Assembly: GCF_988243305.1 (NCBI RefSeq)
Contig: NZ_OZ547136.1
Length of the DNA stretch: 64,000 nt
Direction: 5' to 3' (one strand)
The notes beneath the pieces were generated by a model. It saw only the letters and a program-made list of their open reading frames with translations, was not told the origin of the DNA and did not search any database. Shown piece by piece: positions 41,761-52,554 of the stretch. Both the position numbers and the translations under genes were made by a program. Every line of letters begins with the position of its first letter. Positions within the stretch are counted from its first letter, which is position 1.

Positions 41761-42981
41761 TTAACCCTGCAACAGACGAATCAACAAAGAACCGTTATAC
41801 ATCGCGTCTTTTACTAGCGCAGCCCCTGCCATCGTACCCTGGTTAGAAAATTGAGTACTCTCAACGCTAATGTGCTGACTATACGCAGGAAGGGCCTGCT
41901 GACGGATGCTGTCCGAGATGACCGGGAAGAGGATATCTGCCGCTTTACTTAACGGTGAGCCAATCAGTATTTTTTGTGGGTTAAATAAATTCACCATGAT
42001 GGCAAGAATGCGCCCGACATGCGCGCCCACCCCGGTAATGATGTCTTTTGCCAGCAGATCGCCGCGCAATGCCGCCTGACACAATGAATCCACGGTTAAC
42101 GGCTGTCCATGTAACATCGAGCTCATGGATTGATTAAGACGCAGCTGCGCCAGCTCAAGAATACTGTCCACACTGGCGATGGTTTCGAGGCAGCCGTGAT
42201 TCCCGCAATAACAGCGTTTCCCATACGGGTCGACCTGCGTGTGACCTATTTCCACGAGGCTACTGCTGCCTGCGTGTAGCAGATGACCATCGGTAATGAC
42301 GCCCGCCCCCACGTTGTGATCGATAACCACCTGAATCACATCGCGCGCCCCGCGTGAGGCACCAAACAAGGCCTCAGCCATCGTCCATGCGCTGATATCA
42401 TGCTGAATATAAACCGGTACGCCGGTATGCTGCTCCAGCGCCTCGCCGAGCGGCATCTCTTTTACATCCTCGTAGAACGGCATGCGATGTACAATACCAT
42501 TTTCCGTATCAATAATTCCCGGCAAGGTAATGGCAATCGAAGTCAGACGCTCAAGTTTTTTCTGGTGGCGGATAAAAAACTGATCGATATGGGAAATGAT
42601 ACGATCCAGCAATGGCGAGTCATCTTTTAACGCCAGTTCCTGCGACTCCTCCACTACCAGTTTGCTGCTCAGATCGCGCAAAGCAAGGAAAATCTCCCCG
42701 CGACTAATGCGCAGAGAAAGATAGTGCCAGGCTTCAGTTTCAACCACCAGCCCCACTGCCGGACGGCCACGGTTCCCCGCTTCTTTGATTTCCAGCTCTT
42801 GCACCAGGTGTGCTTCGAGCATCTCACGGACAATTTTAGTGATACTGGCAGGAGCCAGCTGCGCCAGACGGGAAAGATCGATACGCGAGACTGGACCAAG
42901 CTGATCAATCAGGCGATAAACCGCGCCCGCGTTGGTCTGCTTTATTTGATCAATGTGCCCAGGCTGATTTTCAGCAACCAC
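41761..42981 (-). CDS. mlc: ROK-family global regulator Mlc (DgsA)
   Basis: 406-aa ORF MVAENQPGHIDQIKQTNAGAVYRLIDQLGPVSRIDLSRLAQ... Confidence 0.9.
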   Translation of the reverse strand: MVAENQPGHIDQIKQTNAGAVYRLIDQLGPVSRIDLSRLAQLAPASITKIVREMLEAHLVQELEIKEAGNRGRPAVGLVVETEAWHYLSLRISRGEIFLALRDLSSKLVVEESQELALKDDSPLLDRIISHIDQFFIRHQKKLERLTSIAITLPGIIDTENGIVHRMPFYEDVKEMPLGEALEQHTGVPVYIQHDISAWTMAEALFGASRGARDVIQVVIDHNVGAGVITDGHLLHAGSSSLVEIGHTQVDPYGKRCYCGNHGCLETIASVDSILELAQLRLNQSMSSMLHGQPLTVDSLCQAALRGDLLAKDIITGVGAHVGRILAIMVNLFNPQKILIGSPLSKAADILFPVISDSIRQQALPAYSQHISVESTQFSNQGTMAGAALVKDAMYNGSLLIRLLQG

Positions 42982-43115
42982 CGCATACTCCCTATATTTT
43001 CGCGCTCCGAAATAATCTGTAGGCTATGGTGAAGCACTTCAATACGTGTCGTCAAATTTTTACTTAGGCATGTGATTAACAGCACATTTTTCGGGCTTTT
43101 TCGCTGAAATTTCCC

Positions 43116-44009
43116 TCACCTGAGAGCATTCAGCAGATGAATACGAAAGTTACGCGCAGCCGGACTTTGTTCATGGTGTTTCGGCCAGACCAACCACATT
43201 TCAGAAACCGCATCCTCTTCAGCAATCGGCACCCAGCGCATTTCGTTGAGCTGAACACGTTTAAATGACGCAGGCAAAATTGAAACACCCAGACCAGCGG
43301 AAACCAGACCGATGATGGTCATTGCCTCACCCACCTCCTGAGTGATGACGGGCGTCAAATTGTAACGTCGCATCAGCCCGAGAATATCGTCATACAGCCC
43401 TGTCCCTACGTGCGGATCAAAAAAGACAAAGGGTTCTTTCGCCAGTTCAGCCAGCGTTACACTCGGATTATTTGCCAGGGGATGATCGTGCGGGATCATC
43501 GCCATAAGCGGTTCATGGACGATGACTGCGTGTTCAAGCGTCTCCGGTAACGCTGTGTTACGCAGCAATCCCATATCCAGCGTTCCTTCAATGAGCGGAG
43601 CGATTTGCTCGCGAGTGTTCATTTCGCGGGTTTGTAAATGGACATCGGGATAATCACGGCGAAACAGCGATAACGTATCGGACACCGCCCGAATAAAAGG
43701 AGCGGACGAAGTAAAACCAATGCGCAACTCCCCCGCTTCACCCTGATGCAGTCTTTCAGCGCGAGCGGCAGCGTCATCCACCATAGACAGGATTTGCCGA
43801 CTATCTGCAAGAAACTGTTTTCCTGCTGCCGTCAGCAATACACTGCGATTAGTTCGTGCCAGCAGTCGGGCACCAATTTGTTGCTCCAGCGCCTGAATCT
43901 GCTGACTTAGCGGCGGTTGCGAAATATTCAGGCGGGCAGCGGCGCGCCCGAAATGCAGCTCTTCTGCAACAGCAACAAAGTAACGCAGATGACGAAGTTC
44001 AATATTCAT
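43116..44009 (-). CDS. ynfL: LysR-family transcriptional regulator YnfL
   Basis: 297-aa ORF MNIELRHLRYFVAVAEELHFGRAAARLNISQPPLSQQIQALE...; divergent to ynfM. Confidence 0.85.
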   Translation of the reverse strand: MNIELRHLRYFVAVAEELHFGRAAARLNISQPPLSQQIQALEQQIGARLLARTNRSVLLTAAGKQFLADSRQILSMVDDAAARAERLHQGEAGELRIGFTSSAPFIRAVSDTLSLFRRDYPDVHLQTREMNTREQIAPLIEGTLDMGLLRNTALPETLEHAVIVHEPLMAMIPHDHPLANNPSVTLAELAKEPFVFFDPHVGTGLYDDILGLMRRYNLTPVITQEVGEAMTIIGLVSAGLGVSILPASFKRVQLNEMRWVPIAEEDAVSEMWLVWPKHHEQSPAARNFRIHLLNALR

Positions 44010-44115
44010 ATTTAAAACATCTTATTTGAGATTATTAATATATTAGACAGAACAATTCGATTTTCCTAATCTATTCATAAGCCTGATCCACAGGCATATT
44101 TAGCAAGGATTTCAA

Positions 44116-45369
44116 GTGAGCCGTACTACAACTGTTGATGGCGCTCCGGCAAGCGACACTGACAAGCAAAGCATTTCTCAGCCAAATCAATTTATTAAAC
44201 GCGGTACGCCGCAATTTATGCGCGTCACCCTGGCGCTGTTCTCTGCCGGACTGGCAACCTTCGCACTTCTCTATTGTGTGCAACCTATCCTTCCGGTGCT
44301 TTCGCAGGAGTTTGGCTTAACGCCCGCGAACAGTAGTATTTCACTGTCCATTTCCACGGCGATGTTGGCTATCGGTTTGCTGTTTACTGGCCCGTTATCC
44401 GATGCCATTGGTCGCAAACCAGTGATGGTCACGGCGCTACTGTTGGCCTCCATTTGTACGTTACTTTCGACAATGATGACCAGCTGGCACGGCATTTTGA
44501 TTATGCGCGCCTTGATTGGGCTTTCGTTAAGTGGCGTAGCAGCTGTTGGCATGACTTATCTTAGCGAGGAAATCCACCCCAGTTTCGTGGCCTTTTCGAT
44601 GGGATTGTATATCAGCGGCAACTCAATTGGCGGCATGAGCGGACGCTTAATTAGCGGTGTCTTCACGGACTTTTTCAACTGGCGAATTGCGCTGGCGGCA
44701 ATCGGTTGTTTCGCGCTGGCCTCGGCGTTAATGTTCTGGAAAATCCTCCCTGAATCACGCCATTTTCGCCCGACTTCGCTGCGACCTAAGACGTTGTTTA
44801 TCAACTTTCGTCTGCACTGGCGTGACCGGGGATTACCGTTATTGTTCGCAGAAGGCTTTTTGCTGATGGGGTCGTTCGTCACGCTGTTTAATTACATCGG
44901 CTATCGGTTGATGCTCTCCCCCTGGCATGTCAGCCAGGCCGTGGTTGGCTTATTATCGCTGGCTTATTTGACCGGTACATGGAGCTCACCCAAAGCCGGA
45001 ACCATGACCACCCGCTATGGGCGCGGTCCGGTGATGTTGTTTTCGACGGGGGTTATGCTGTTTGGTTTACTGATGACCTTATTTAGCTCGCTGTGGCTGA
45101 TCTTTGCCGGAATGTTACTCTTCTCAGCCGGATTCTTCGCAGCCCACTCAGTAGCCAGCAGCTGGATCGGCCCCCGCGCAAAACGCGCTAAAGGCCAGGC
45201 CTCCTCGCTGTATCTGTTCAGTTACTATCTGGGGTCGAGTATTGCCGGGACGCTGGGTGGTGTTTTCTGGCATAACTATGGCTGGAACGGCGTCGGCACA
45301 TTTATTGCTCTGATGCTGGTCATTGCTCTGCTGGTCGGGACGCGTTTGCATCGTCGTCTGCACGCCTGA
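44116..45369 (+). CDS. ynfM: MFS transporter YnfM
   Basis: 417-aa hydrophobic ORF; divergent from ynfL. Confidence 0.85.
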   Translation: MSRTTTVDGAPASDTDKQSISQPNQFIKRGTPQFMRVTLALFSAGLATFALLYCVQPILPVLSQEFGLTPANSSISLSISTAMLAIGLLFTGPLSDAIGRKPVMVTALLLASICTLLSTMMTSWHGILIMRALIGLSLSGVAAVGMTYLSEEIHPSFVAFSMGLYISGNSIGGMSGRLISGVFTDFFNWRIALAAIGCFALASALMFWKILPESRHFRPTSLRPKTLFINFRLHWRDRGLPLLFAEGFLLMGSFVTLFNYIGYRLMLSPWHVSQAVVGLLSLAYLTGTWSSPKAGTMTTRYGRGPVMLFSTGVMLFGLLMTLFSSLWLIFAGMLLFSAGFFAAHSVASSWIGPRAKRAKGQASSLYLFSYYLGSSIAGTLGGVFWHNYGWNGVGTFIALMLVIALLVGTRLHRRLHA

Positions 45370-45792
45370 AAAATAAGTCCGGACTGCGGTAAATACCCAT
45401 CCGGACTTATTGCCTGCTCAAACCAACGTTAATAGCCATCCTAAAATAGACGAAGCGCCAGCCAATTCCCGCAGCGCATCTAGTGTCATCAGGATTATAA
45501 GTACCCAAATAAACGGATTCATTTTGCTGTGTGTCATTTATTACTGATGCGCAGTTATTCTACCGCTTTGTAAGTAGTAAAATAGTTAACCCGATCAAGA
45601 CTACTATTATTGGTAGCTAAATTTCCCTTAAGTCACAATACGTTATTATCAACGCTGTAATTTATTCAGCGTTTGTACATATCGTTACACGCTGAAACCA
45701 ACCACTCACGGAAGTCTGCCATTCCCAGGGATATAGTTATTTCAACGGCCCCGCAGTGGGGTTAAATGAAAAAACAAATTGAGGGTATGACA

Positions 45793-46101
45793 ATGAAAAA
45801 AGTATTAGCTCTGGTTGTTGCCGCTGCTATGGGTCTGTCTTCTGCTGCCTTTGCTGCAGAGACTGCGACCACACCTGCTCCGACTGCGACGACCACCAAA
45901 GCAGCGCCGGCGAAAACCACACATCATAAAAAACAGCATAAAGCAGCACCTGCCCAGAAAGCGCAGGCGGCTAAAAAGCATCATAAAAATGCCAAAGCTG
46001 AACAGAAAGCTCCTGAACAAAAAGCGCAGGCAGCGAAGAAACACGCCAAGAAACACAGCCATCAGCAACCGGCAAAACCTGCTGCACAACCCGCAGCGTA
46101 A
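45793..46101 (+). CDS. asr: Acid shock protein Asr
   Basis: [66 protein letters not shown]...; low-complexity Lys/Ala/His-rich periplasmic protein. Confidence 0.9.
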   Translation: MKKVLALVVAAAMGLSSAAFAAETATTPAPTATTTKAAPAKTTHHKKQHKAAPAQKAQAAKKHHKNAKAEQKAPEQKAQAAKKHAKKHSHQQPAKPAAQPAA

Positions 46102-46193
46102 GTTATCAATAGTAATGCTGGCGCGCCCCCTCGCGCCTGAAAATTACGGTGCTAAGCGGATAACGTTTAGCACCGCCTTTAGCGGAGGGTAGT

Positions 46194-46277
46194 ATGGTGG
46201 GCCGTTATCGCTTTGAGTTCATTCTTATCATCCTTATTTTATGCGCACTGATTGCCGCCCGTTTTTATCTTTCCTGA
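46194..46277 (+). CDS. ydgU: Small membrane protein YdgU
   Basis: M(V)GRYRFEFILIILILCALIAARFYLS; too short for ORF track; coordinates +/-2. Confidence 0.6.
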   Translation: MVGRYRFEFILIILILCALIAARFYLS

Positions 46278-46376
46278 TCGTAGTTATCTGATTTTACTCC
46301 CACTTTCATCCCGTCCCGTCTATAGTATTTATGAGGGTTTGCTTTTAATAATCATAATTACCCACCAGAGTGTGAT

Positions 46377-47198
46377 ATGCGTACAACCATTGCTGTAGTG
46401 TTGGGTGCAATTAGTTTGACGTCTGCTTTTGTGTTTGCAGATAAACCAGACGTTGCCAAATCGGCAAACGATGAGGTCAGCACCCTGTTTTTTGGTCATG
46501 ATGATCGTGTGCCAGTGAATGACACGACCCAATCACCGTGGGATGCGGTTGGCCAACTGGAAACGGCCAGCGGCAATTTATGTACGGCGACGCTGATTGC
46601 ACCCAATCTGGCATTAACGGCAGGACACTGTTTATTGACGCCGCCAAAGGGTAAAGCCGATAAAGCGGTAGCGCTGCGTTTCGTGTCAAATAAAGGTCTT
46701 TGGCGCTATGAGATCCACGACATAGAAGGCCGCGTTGATCCGACACTGGGAAAGCGGTTAAAAGCAGATGGGGATGGTTGGATTGTTCCTCCCGCAGCTG
46801 CGCCGTGGGACTTCGGTTTGATTGTGCTACGTAATCCCCCTTCTGGCATTACACCGTTGCCGTTATTTGAGGGAGATAAAGCCGCGCTTACCGCCGCATT
46901 AAAATCGGCTGGCCGTAAAGTGACTCAGGCAGGATACCCTGAAGATCATCTCGATACGTTGTACAGTCATCAAAACTGTGAAGTGACTGGCTGGGCGCAA
47001 ACGTCGGTGATGTCACATCAGTGCGATACCTTGCCGGGTGACAGCGGTTCGCCTCTGATGTTGCATACCAATGACGGCTGGCAATTAATTGGGGTGCAAA
47101 GTTCGGCTCCTGCCGCGAAAGATCGCTGGCGCGCCGATAACCGGGCCATTTCTGTTACCGGTTTTCGCGACAAGCTGGATCAACTGTCGCAAAAATAA
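46377..47198 (+). CDS. ydgD: Secreted trypsin-like serine protease family protein YdgD
   Basis: 273-aa ORF with signal peptide and catalytic-triad motifs (LTAGHC, DFGLIVL, GDSGSPL). Confidence 0.85.
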   Translation: MRTTIAVVLGAISLTSAFVFADKPDVAKSANDEVSTLFFGHDDRVPVNDTTQSPWDAVGQLETASGNLCTATLIAPNLALTAGHCLLTPPKGKADKAVALRFVSNKGLWRYEIHDIEGRVDPTLGKRLKADGDGWIVPPAAAPWDFGLIVLRNPPSGITPLPLFEGDKAALTAALKSAGRKVTQAGYPEDHLDTLYSHQNCEVTGWAQTSVMSHQCDTLPGDSGSPLMLHTNDGWQLIGVQSSAPAAKDRWRADNRAISVTGFRDKLDQLSQK

Positions 47199-47236
47199 TG
47201 TTCAAACGCTGCCCGACAGTGCGGGCAGCGTGTTCA

Positions 47237-47566
47237 TCAGGCAAGTTTCACCATGATCATTCCAGCCAACAGCAAGACCAGGCCAATCCAGCCTTTACGA
47301 TTTAACCGTTGACCAAACAAGATCCAACCTGCGGCTAACGTGGCGGCAATACCAAACCCGCCCCACAATGCATAAGCGACAGACAAGTCGATCCCTTTAA
47401 CGGCCTGAGAAAGCGCACTAAAGGCAGCCAGCACCGCCGCCAGGGAGAGCAAGCCAAATATTTTGCGACGAAAGCCGTCAGAAAATTTCAAAAAAACGTT
47501 AGCAACGATTTCCAGCACGATTGCCAATGCCAGCCAGGCGGCGTGAACCCATTCAAACTGCGCCAT
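47237..47566 (-). CDS. mdtI: SMR-family spermidine exporter subunit MdtI
   Basis: 109-aa [41 protein letters not shown]... Confidence 0.9.
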
Positions 47567-47918
47567 GGTTCACCTCCAGTTCAGGTTTACGCGCTTTACG
47601 GGTACCTGATTTGATCAATACAATCCCGGCCACCAGGGTGGTTAACCCGGCAATTTTCATCAGCGATAAACTTTCGTCGAATAACAAAACGCTAAACAAG
47701 GTAATAAATAAAATACCGATACCTTCCCACAGCGCATAAGCCACGCCTAAGGCGATTTTTTTAACGGCGAAAGAGAGAAATATATACGACAGAGAAATCA
47801 TCACCAGCATTAAAATAAAGCCGCCATTTCCCTCACTGACGCTCGCCCATTTCATTGACAGCGTACCGGTAATTTCCGTAGCAATAGCCAGGCCTAATAA
47901 AATCCAATAAATATACAT
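47553..47918 (-). CDS. mdtJ: SMR-family spermidine exporter subunit MdtJ
   Basis: 121-aa [43 protein letters not shown]... Confidence 0.9.
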
Positions 47919-48329
47919 TGTCCTTCTCCTGCAAGAGAATTATTTTAATTTTCGCTTATTTCAGCGAAACCAAAGTAAAGTGGTCAAGCCCCGCGCATAG
48001 CGCAAGCTTAGGCAGAAGAAAGGACTAAAGCGCGTTGCGCCAGTGCTGCTCACCTACGAGCAAGATAGTGGATGAGGTACGAAGATGGGTAAATGTAGAA
48101 AATAACGTCCTGAACAAATTGTCCATAATATTACAATTATCCGCAGTGTTGCTTCTCGTCATCGCGGATGATAATTGTCCTCGGTAGTTGAACACGCCTG
48201 ATTTGTATCATAGCTTAAGAATTAACTCAAAATATTTTCACTTCTTTACCTGAGCAGTTTGATTTTCGTTATGATGACGGAGCGAAAAAGACATTATTAT
48301 TAGCAAAGGAAGAAAAAACGGGGACAAGC

Positions 48330-48494
48330 ATGGCAAAGCCGATCATCACGCTCAATGGCCTAAAAATCGTCATTATGTTGGGAATGCTGGTCATTATTCT
48401 CTGCGGTATCCGTTTTGCCGCCGAGATCATCGTGCCGTTTATTCTCGCATTATTTATTGCTGTTATATATAACTTATTTCACATAACACGTTGA
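48330..48494 (+). pseudogene. tqsA: tqsA (AI-2 transporter) 5' fragment, truncated by island insertion after codon ~46
   Basis: [46 protein letters not shown] then island sequence (YNLFHITR*); remainder of tqsA resumes at ~63787. Confidence 0.85.
48458..48466 (+). repeat. attL core (TGCTGTTAT)
   Basis: Identical 9-mer at 63787-63795; sequence to the left is tqsA, to the right is island. Confidence 0.7.
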
Positions 48495-48538
48495 TTTAAT
48501 TAAATAATTTTCACCGCAAAAAGTGCCAAAAATCGCAA

Positions 48539-48597
48539 AATGACTACACCAGTGACTACACCGTTCGGTGCACTGTATGAAACAACGTGGAACAAAT
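48539..48597 (+). repeat. Arm-type direct repeat block, left end: tandem (A/G)TGACTACACC x2 followed by GAACAA-type repeats
   Basis: atGACTACACCaGTGACTACACCgttcggtgcac...gaaacaacgtggaacaa; homologous block at 63636-63708. Confidence 0.6.
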
Positions 48598-48827
48598 AGA
48601 CACAAGAAATATACAGGCGGATCATCTTTCCAGGGGGAAGCGCACCAATTCATGAGGGGCGTTAATGTCGATATGGGGATCCCCACCTACCGGAATTTTT
48701 TTCCGGTTAAACGTTAATCAGGCTGGTGGGCTTTACCTGTTCGGTAGGTGTTATGATTATCGTAATACCTTTCCCCCAATGGGGTAAAAGCATCAACCGT
48801 AACGAAAGTCGTTATGGTTGCCACTGA

Positions 48828-48899
48828 TACCCCAAATTTGGGTATCACGAGTAAGACCCAAAATCTGGGTGTTACTCTTACTACCCAAACTACGGGTAG
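48828..48899. repeat. Three consecutive inverted repeats with TACCC/GGGTA arms, plus a 20-bp perfect palindrome gagttgcagatctgcaactc at ~48919-48938
   Basis: taccccaaatttgggta, acccaaaatctgggt, ctacccaaactacgggtag read directly; function unknown. Confidence 0.5.
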
Positions 48900-49231
48900 T
48901 TTCCGTAGTTTCATGGTCGAGTTGCAGATCTGCAACTCCCCCATTAACCACAGGCGAATTTCCGCCTTCGGTCATTCCTTAATCATCTGCGTAATCATAA
49001 TGATTATTCAGCAAGCGCAATTTTGCACTTTGCTTAAAGTTCAGCGAGTTACCGCGCCGACTTCCTCAAATTGAGGTTTCCGAAAATATCAGCGGGTTAG
49101 CGATTAAGCTGATCATTAATTAAACTGCGAAAATTTCGTAGTTTGTGACTGTCTTTCAGGCAGCTTGTTAACAGTCCTCAGAAGCGAGGGATGTAGCCAC
49201 CCATTTTTGGTCCGTCGGGAATATCAACCAG

Positions 49232-49513
49232 TTACCGCCGCAACCGCTCCGGCTTCTTCCAGTGGTACGTTATTTTCTCCTTCTCCCGATACATCTCCAC
49301 GCGGCGACGGTAGGCCAGCAACTCAAGAACTCTGGTTCGTATGTTGCGCATATCCACGCCATTAAGTTCTATACCATCACGGCGCATCACCTCAGCAACA
49401 ACACGCGCATAGTTTTCGGCTGTCACGCTGTCCGGCTGCGTGGCCTGTTCGTCAGCCTGCTGGCTGATTCCGGCAACGCGGCGGATTAATCCCGTTATTT
49501 CGGCTTCTGTCAT
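49232..49513 (-). CDS. Hypothetical protein downstream of terminase
   Basis: 93-aa ORF MTEAEITGLIRRVAGISQQADEQATQPDSVTAENYARVVAEVMRRDGIEL... Confidence 0.4.
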   Translation of the reverse strand: MTEAEITGLIRRVAGISQQADEQATQPDSVTAENYARVVAEVMRRDGIELNGVDMRNIRTRVLELLAYRRRVEMYREKEKITYHWKKPERLRR

Positions 49514-49526
49514 GCTGCTGACCTCA

Positions 49527-51188
49527 TTACACCCCGCTAAATTCTTCCAGTTTCTGGCGGTGGCTGTCGCTTATATCAAAAGCAAAATCCTCATGCTCTG
49601 CCTGGAATGTACCAAACGCCATCAGCGCCGCCACGCTCGGGTCTATCTTGTTCGGTGATTTTTTCTTGTTCGGCTTGATATTGGCGTTCGCGTCACTCTG
49701 CATCACGACGTTACTCATCGACCAGGACAACACCGGATCGCCACGATGCACAATCACCCTGCGGTTAACAAAAACTTCGAACGATTTCGCCGCCGGACTG
49801 AATCTGAGGTAGGTTTGCGGGAACGGCTCCACCTCAAAACCTGCCCCCTGTAATTGCGTTCTGAGATGCGTGGCGTTCCACGTATCAAAGCCCACCAGCC
49901 TGATATTAAATTTCTCCGCGTCCTGCATGATGTCATCTCTGATCCGGTCGTAATCAATGCAGTCGCCAGGCGTTGTGCGTATCCAGCCTGCTTTAGCCCA
50001 CTGACGATAGATGGCGCGGTTTTTATTGGCGGGGTTCTGTAGCTGAAATTCCGGCAGATAGTGACGGGAAACCAGCATAATGGTTTTACCGACCGGAAAG
50101 GCATAGCACACGCTGGAAATATCGCTGGTTGATGATAAGTCCAGCCCCGCGTAACACTCCTGGCCGTGTAAATCTTCCTCCGTGAACGTTCCGGCACACT
50201 CAGCCCATGCGCCGTTACCCATCCACGGGGTAGCCCCCAGGCACCAGATATTAAATCGCTTTGTCATCATCTCCACCCACTGCGACGGAATACCCCGCGC
50301 TTTCTGGATGGTTGAGGCCAGTTTTTCACGATCCACGGAAACATCAATATTAGGGTTCGCCTTTATCCACATCGCCGGATCATCAACCTCGTTTTCGTCG
50401 TCCAGTTCGTAAATCAGTACAAAAATTGAATCGTTGACCTCTTCGCCGTCCAGGATCTGGCAGCAATAATCATAGTGCTGCTTACAGGCTGAAACGACGT
50501 TACTGCCTGATGTGGTAATAGCAAATAACAGCCCTTCGGGACGTGCGCCCATCCCCAGCTCAAGCGCGGAATAAACGCCGTTATCGGGGTGCAAGTGGTA
50601 TTCGTCCACGATGGAAAGGCTGGGGTTTGTTCCCTCGATGGTTGCCGCTTTTGCTGCCAGCGGCTTTAACAGGCTGTTGCTTTTCGGGTGTATCACCTTA
50701 TGCGCCTGAATATTCACCCGCCTGCGTAACGGTCGGGATAAAAGGCACATCTGACGCGCATCATCAAAGACGATCCGCGCCTGGTCACGGCTCACCGCTG
50801 CGGTGTAAATATCCTGCTGACCGTTCTCCATAATCAGAAACCAGTTAGCCAGAATCGCGGCGGTCGTGGATTTCGCATTTTTGCGCGGCACTTCGATAAA
50901 GGCGCTCGTGTATTTGCGCCGTCCGGTGGCCTTAACCTTAAAGCCGAGGATGCACGCAAAGGCGAACTGCTGCCACGGCTCCAGCTCAATGGGTCTGCCA
51001 CGCATCGGCCCTTTTACGTGCGGGCACACCCTGGAAAAGGCAATAAACCGCTCCACAACCTCACGATCGAACGTGTAAAGGGGGCTTTCAAGGTCCGAAA
51101 AGTACCGTTTAACGGCCTGTTTCAGCCGTTTACAGGCCGGAATTTTGCCCGTTTTTACGTCTTCTGCGTACTTATTCCAGGCGGTCAA
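49527..51188 (-). CDS. Terminase large subunit
   Basis: 553-aa ORF with ATPase Walker A-like region ...VPRKNAKSTTAAILANW... and C-terminal nuclease region; typical TerL size. Confidence 0.85.
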   Translation of the reverse strand: MTAWNKYAEDVKTGKIPACKRLKQAVKRYFSDLESPLYTFDREVVERFIAFSRVCPHVKGPMRGRPIELEPWQQFAFACILGFKVKATGRRKYTSAFIEVPRKNAKSTTAAILANWFLIMENGQQDIYTAAVSRDQARIVFDDARQMCLLSRPLRRRVNIQAHKVIHPKSNSLLKPLAAKAATIEGTNPSLSIVDEYHLHPDNGVYSALELGMGARPEGLLFAITTSGSNVVSACKQHYDYCCQILDGEEVNDSIFVLIYELDDENEVDDPAMWIKANPNIDVSVDREKLASTIQKARGIPSQWVEMMTKRFNIWCLGATPWMGNGAWAECAGTFTEEDLHGQECYAGLDLSSTSDISSVCYAFPVGKTIMLVSRHYLPEFQLQNPANKNRAIYRQWAKAGWIRTTPGDCIDYDRIRDDIMQDAEKFNIRLVGFDTWNATHLRTQLQGAGFEVEPFPQTYLRFSPAAKSFEVFVNRRVIVHRGDPVLSWSMSNVVMQSDANANIKPNKKKSPNKIDPSVAALMAFGTFQAEHEDFAFDISDSHRQKLEEFSGV

Positions 51189-51528
51189 GCTCGTCCTCTT
51201 CTTCTGTTTCCGGTGGATTTTTACGGCGGCTTATCGGGTCAAAACCGAGCAAGGAGGCCATTTTTATCATCACCCTTTCAGCGTCGGATTTTGCGCTTAA
51301 TGCGGGGTTTCTGCTCTCGCCGCCCTGACTGTTAACAATGCTGAACCCGCGCGCCGCAAGGTCTGCAACGGCTTTCCGGTAAATGGAGTAGTTGACACAA
51401 TACAGTTCCAGATTGCTCCAGTCGGCGGGGGTCAGGTCTCCCCGTTCCGCAAGCTGCCGCGATTTTTCCCGCCACTGCTTCACGGCGATGTCATCCAGGT
51501 AGGCGGGGGCTTTCGGTGGTCTTGCCAT
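51172..51528 (-). CDS. Terminase small subunit (P27-family-like)
   Basis: 118-aa ORF immediately upstream of and overlapping TerL. Confidence 0.55.
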   Translation of the reverse strand: MARPPKAPAYLDDIAVKQWREKSRQLAERGDLTPADWSNLELYCVNYSIYRKAVADLAARGFSIVNSQGGESRNPALSAKSDAERVMIKMASLLGFDPISRRKNPPETEEEDELDRLE

Positions 51529-51651
51529 ACTTATTTTTTCGCCAGATTATTTTTCAAAAAATTCCCGTGCATAAAAATTTGAGGAGGCGTTCGGTGCCCG
51601 GCGGGGTCGGGTTTGTCCTGAAAACGCCCCCCACCCCGTCATACAGCCTCA

Positions 51652-51834
51652 TCAGCGATTGCGGAAACATTCCATAACCTCGCGGTCACGGTCGGTTAAT
51701 CGCTTCGCTGTGATGCGTTCTGCGCGTCCTGACGCTTTATCTTTATGCCCTGTTTCCTGTGTCTTCCATGCGTCACGCTGCCTTATAAGTCCACGGATAA
51801 GGCGGTTTTGTTCCCGCTCATTCATCAGCGTCAT
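51652..51834 (-). CDS. Small hypothetical protein between HNH and TerS (start assumed at internal Met)
   Basis: MTLMNEREQNRLIRGLIRQRDAWKTQETGHKDKASGRAERITAKRLTDRDREVMECFRNR; fills otherwise empty 290-bp gap. Confidence 0.3.
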   Translation of the reverse strand: MTLMNEREQNRLIRGLIRQRDAWKTQETGHKDKASGRAERITAKRLTDRDREVMECFRNR

Positions 51835-52258
51835 ACATCCAGTTATTGCGGTTAGCGGACCGTTCTTCCTCTTCACGAAATCCACCTGCGGCACGCTTGC
51901 TTTTTGTTGCCGGATCAAGCCATTTCGTTTTCTGGTTATGACACGCCTGACACAATGGCTGATGGTTCCATTCGGGCCAGAAGAGAACATCATCGCCGCC
52001 ATCGATGGGGATAATGTGATCCACCACCACGGCGGGCGTATATATCCCCTTCTCAAGGCATCGCACGCATAACGGGTTTTTACTCAGATACATGGCGCGG
52101 TATTTGTCCCACTGTCTGGAGTACCCACGCGCGCGGCGGTGTCCTCGTCTGGCATCCTCTGCACGCCATGCCGCCCGCCTGTGCTCCTCACACTTACCGG
52201 ACTTAACGCGCCTGTTACAGCCTGGTTCTGTACATCGTCTTAATGGTTGCCACGGCAT
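51818..52258 (-). CDS. HNH endonuclease (terminase-associated)
   Basis: 146-aa ORF with Cys-rich N-terminus and HNH motif ...VVDHIIPIDGGDDVLFWPEWNHQPLCQACHNQKT. Confidence 0.8.
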   Translation of the reverse strand: MPWQPLRRCTEPGCNRRVKSGKCEEHRRAAWRAEDARRGHRRARGYSRQWDKYRAMYLSKNPLCVRCLEKGIYTPAVVVDHIIPIDGGDDVLFWPEWNHQPLCQACHNQKTKWLDPATKSKRAAGGFREEEERSANRNNWMYDADE

Positions 52259-52554
52259 CAGTACACCCCCACATCACGGTAAGCCGTCCAGAGTGCGCCT
52301 ATCGTCATGGGTACGCGCGTTTTTGCGTTATCCGCGACAATCTGGCGATTTTCATACAGGTGAGCGATAAACATCATGCAGCCAATCTTTATGGCTGGCG
52401 TGAACTCCAGCCCGTCATCAAAGCGCCTGCCTATGTGTATCTGGCACGCCTCAAGCGATGCGGCAATGTATCCGCTGATTAACTGGTCTTCATCGTCGCC
52501 ATCGATGCGGCAATGGAGTTTCACTTCTTCCAGGGTGATAAGTTCTTCTGTCAT
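52258..52554 (-). CDS. Head-tail connector protein (gp6-like)
   Basis: 98-aa ORF MTEELITLEEVKLHCRIDGDDEDQLISGYIAASLEACQIHIGRRF... Confidence 0.55.
   Translation of the reverse strand: MTEELITLEEVKLHCRIDGDDEDQLISGYIAASLEACQIHIGRRFDDGLEFTPAIKIGCMMFIAHLYENRQIVADNAKTRVPMTIGALWTAYRDVGVY

Noticed and set aside
45805-46192. ORFs 45805-46089 (-) and 45815-46192 (+) overlapping asr
   Set aside because: Artefacts of the low-complexity, repeat-rich asr coding sequence; asr itself is the real gene.
20719-48899. Shared TACCCA half-site between the prophage operators and the island inverted repeats, considered as evidence that the prophage repressor controls the island
   Set aside because: Spacing and symmetry differ (12-bp palindromes vs arms separated by 5-7 bp); the similarity could be chance, so no cross-regulation is claimed.
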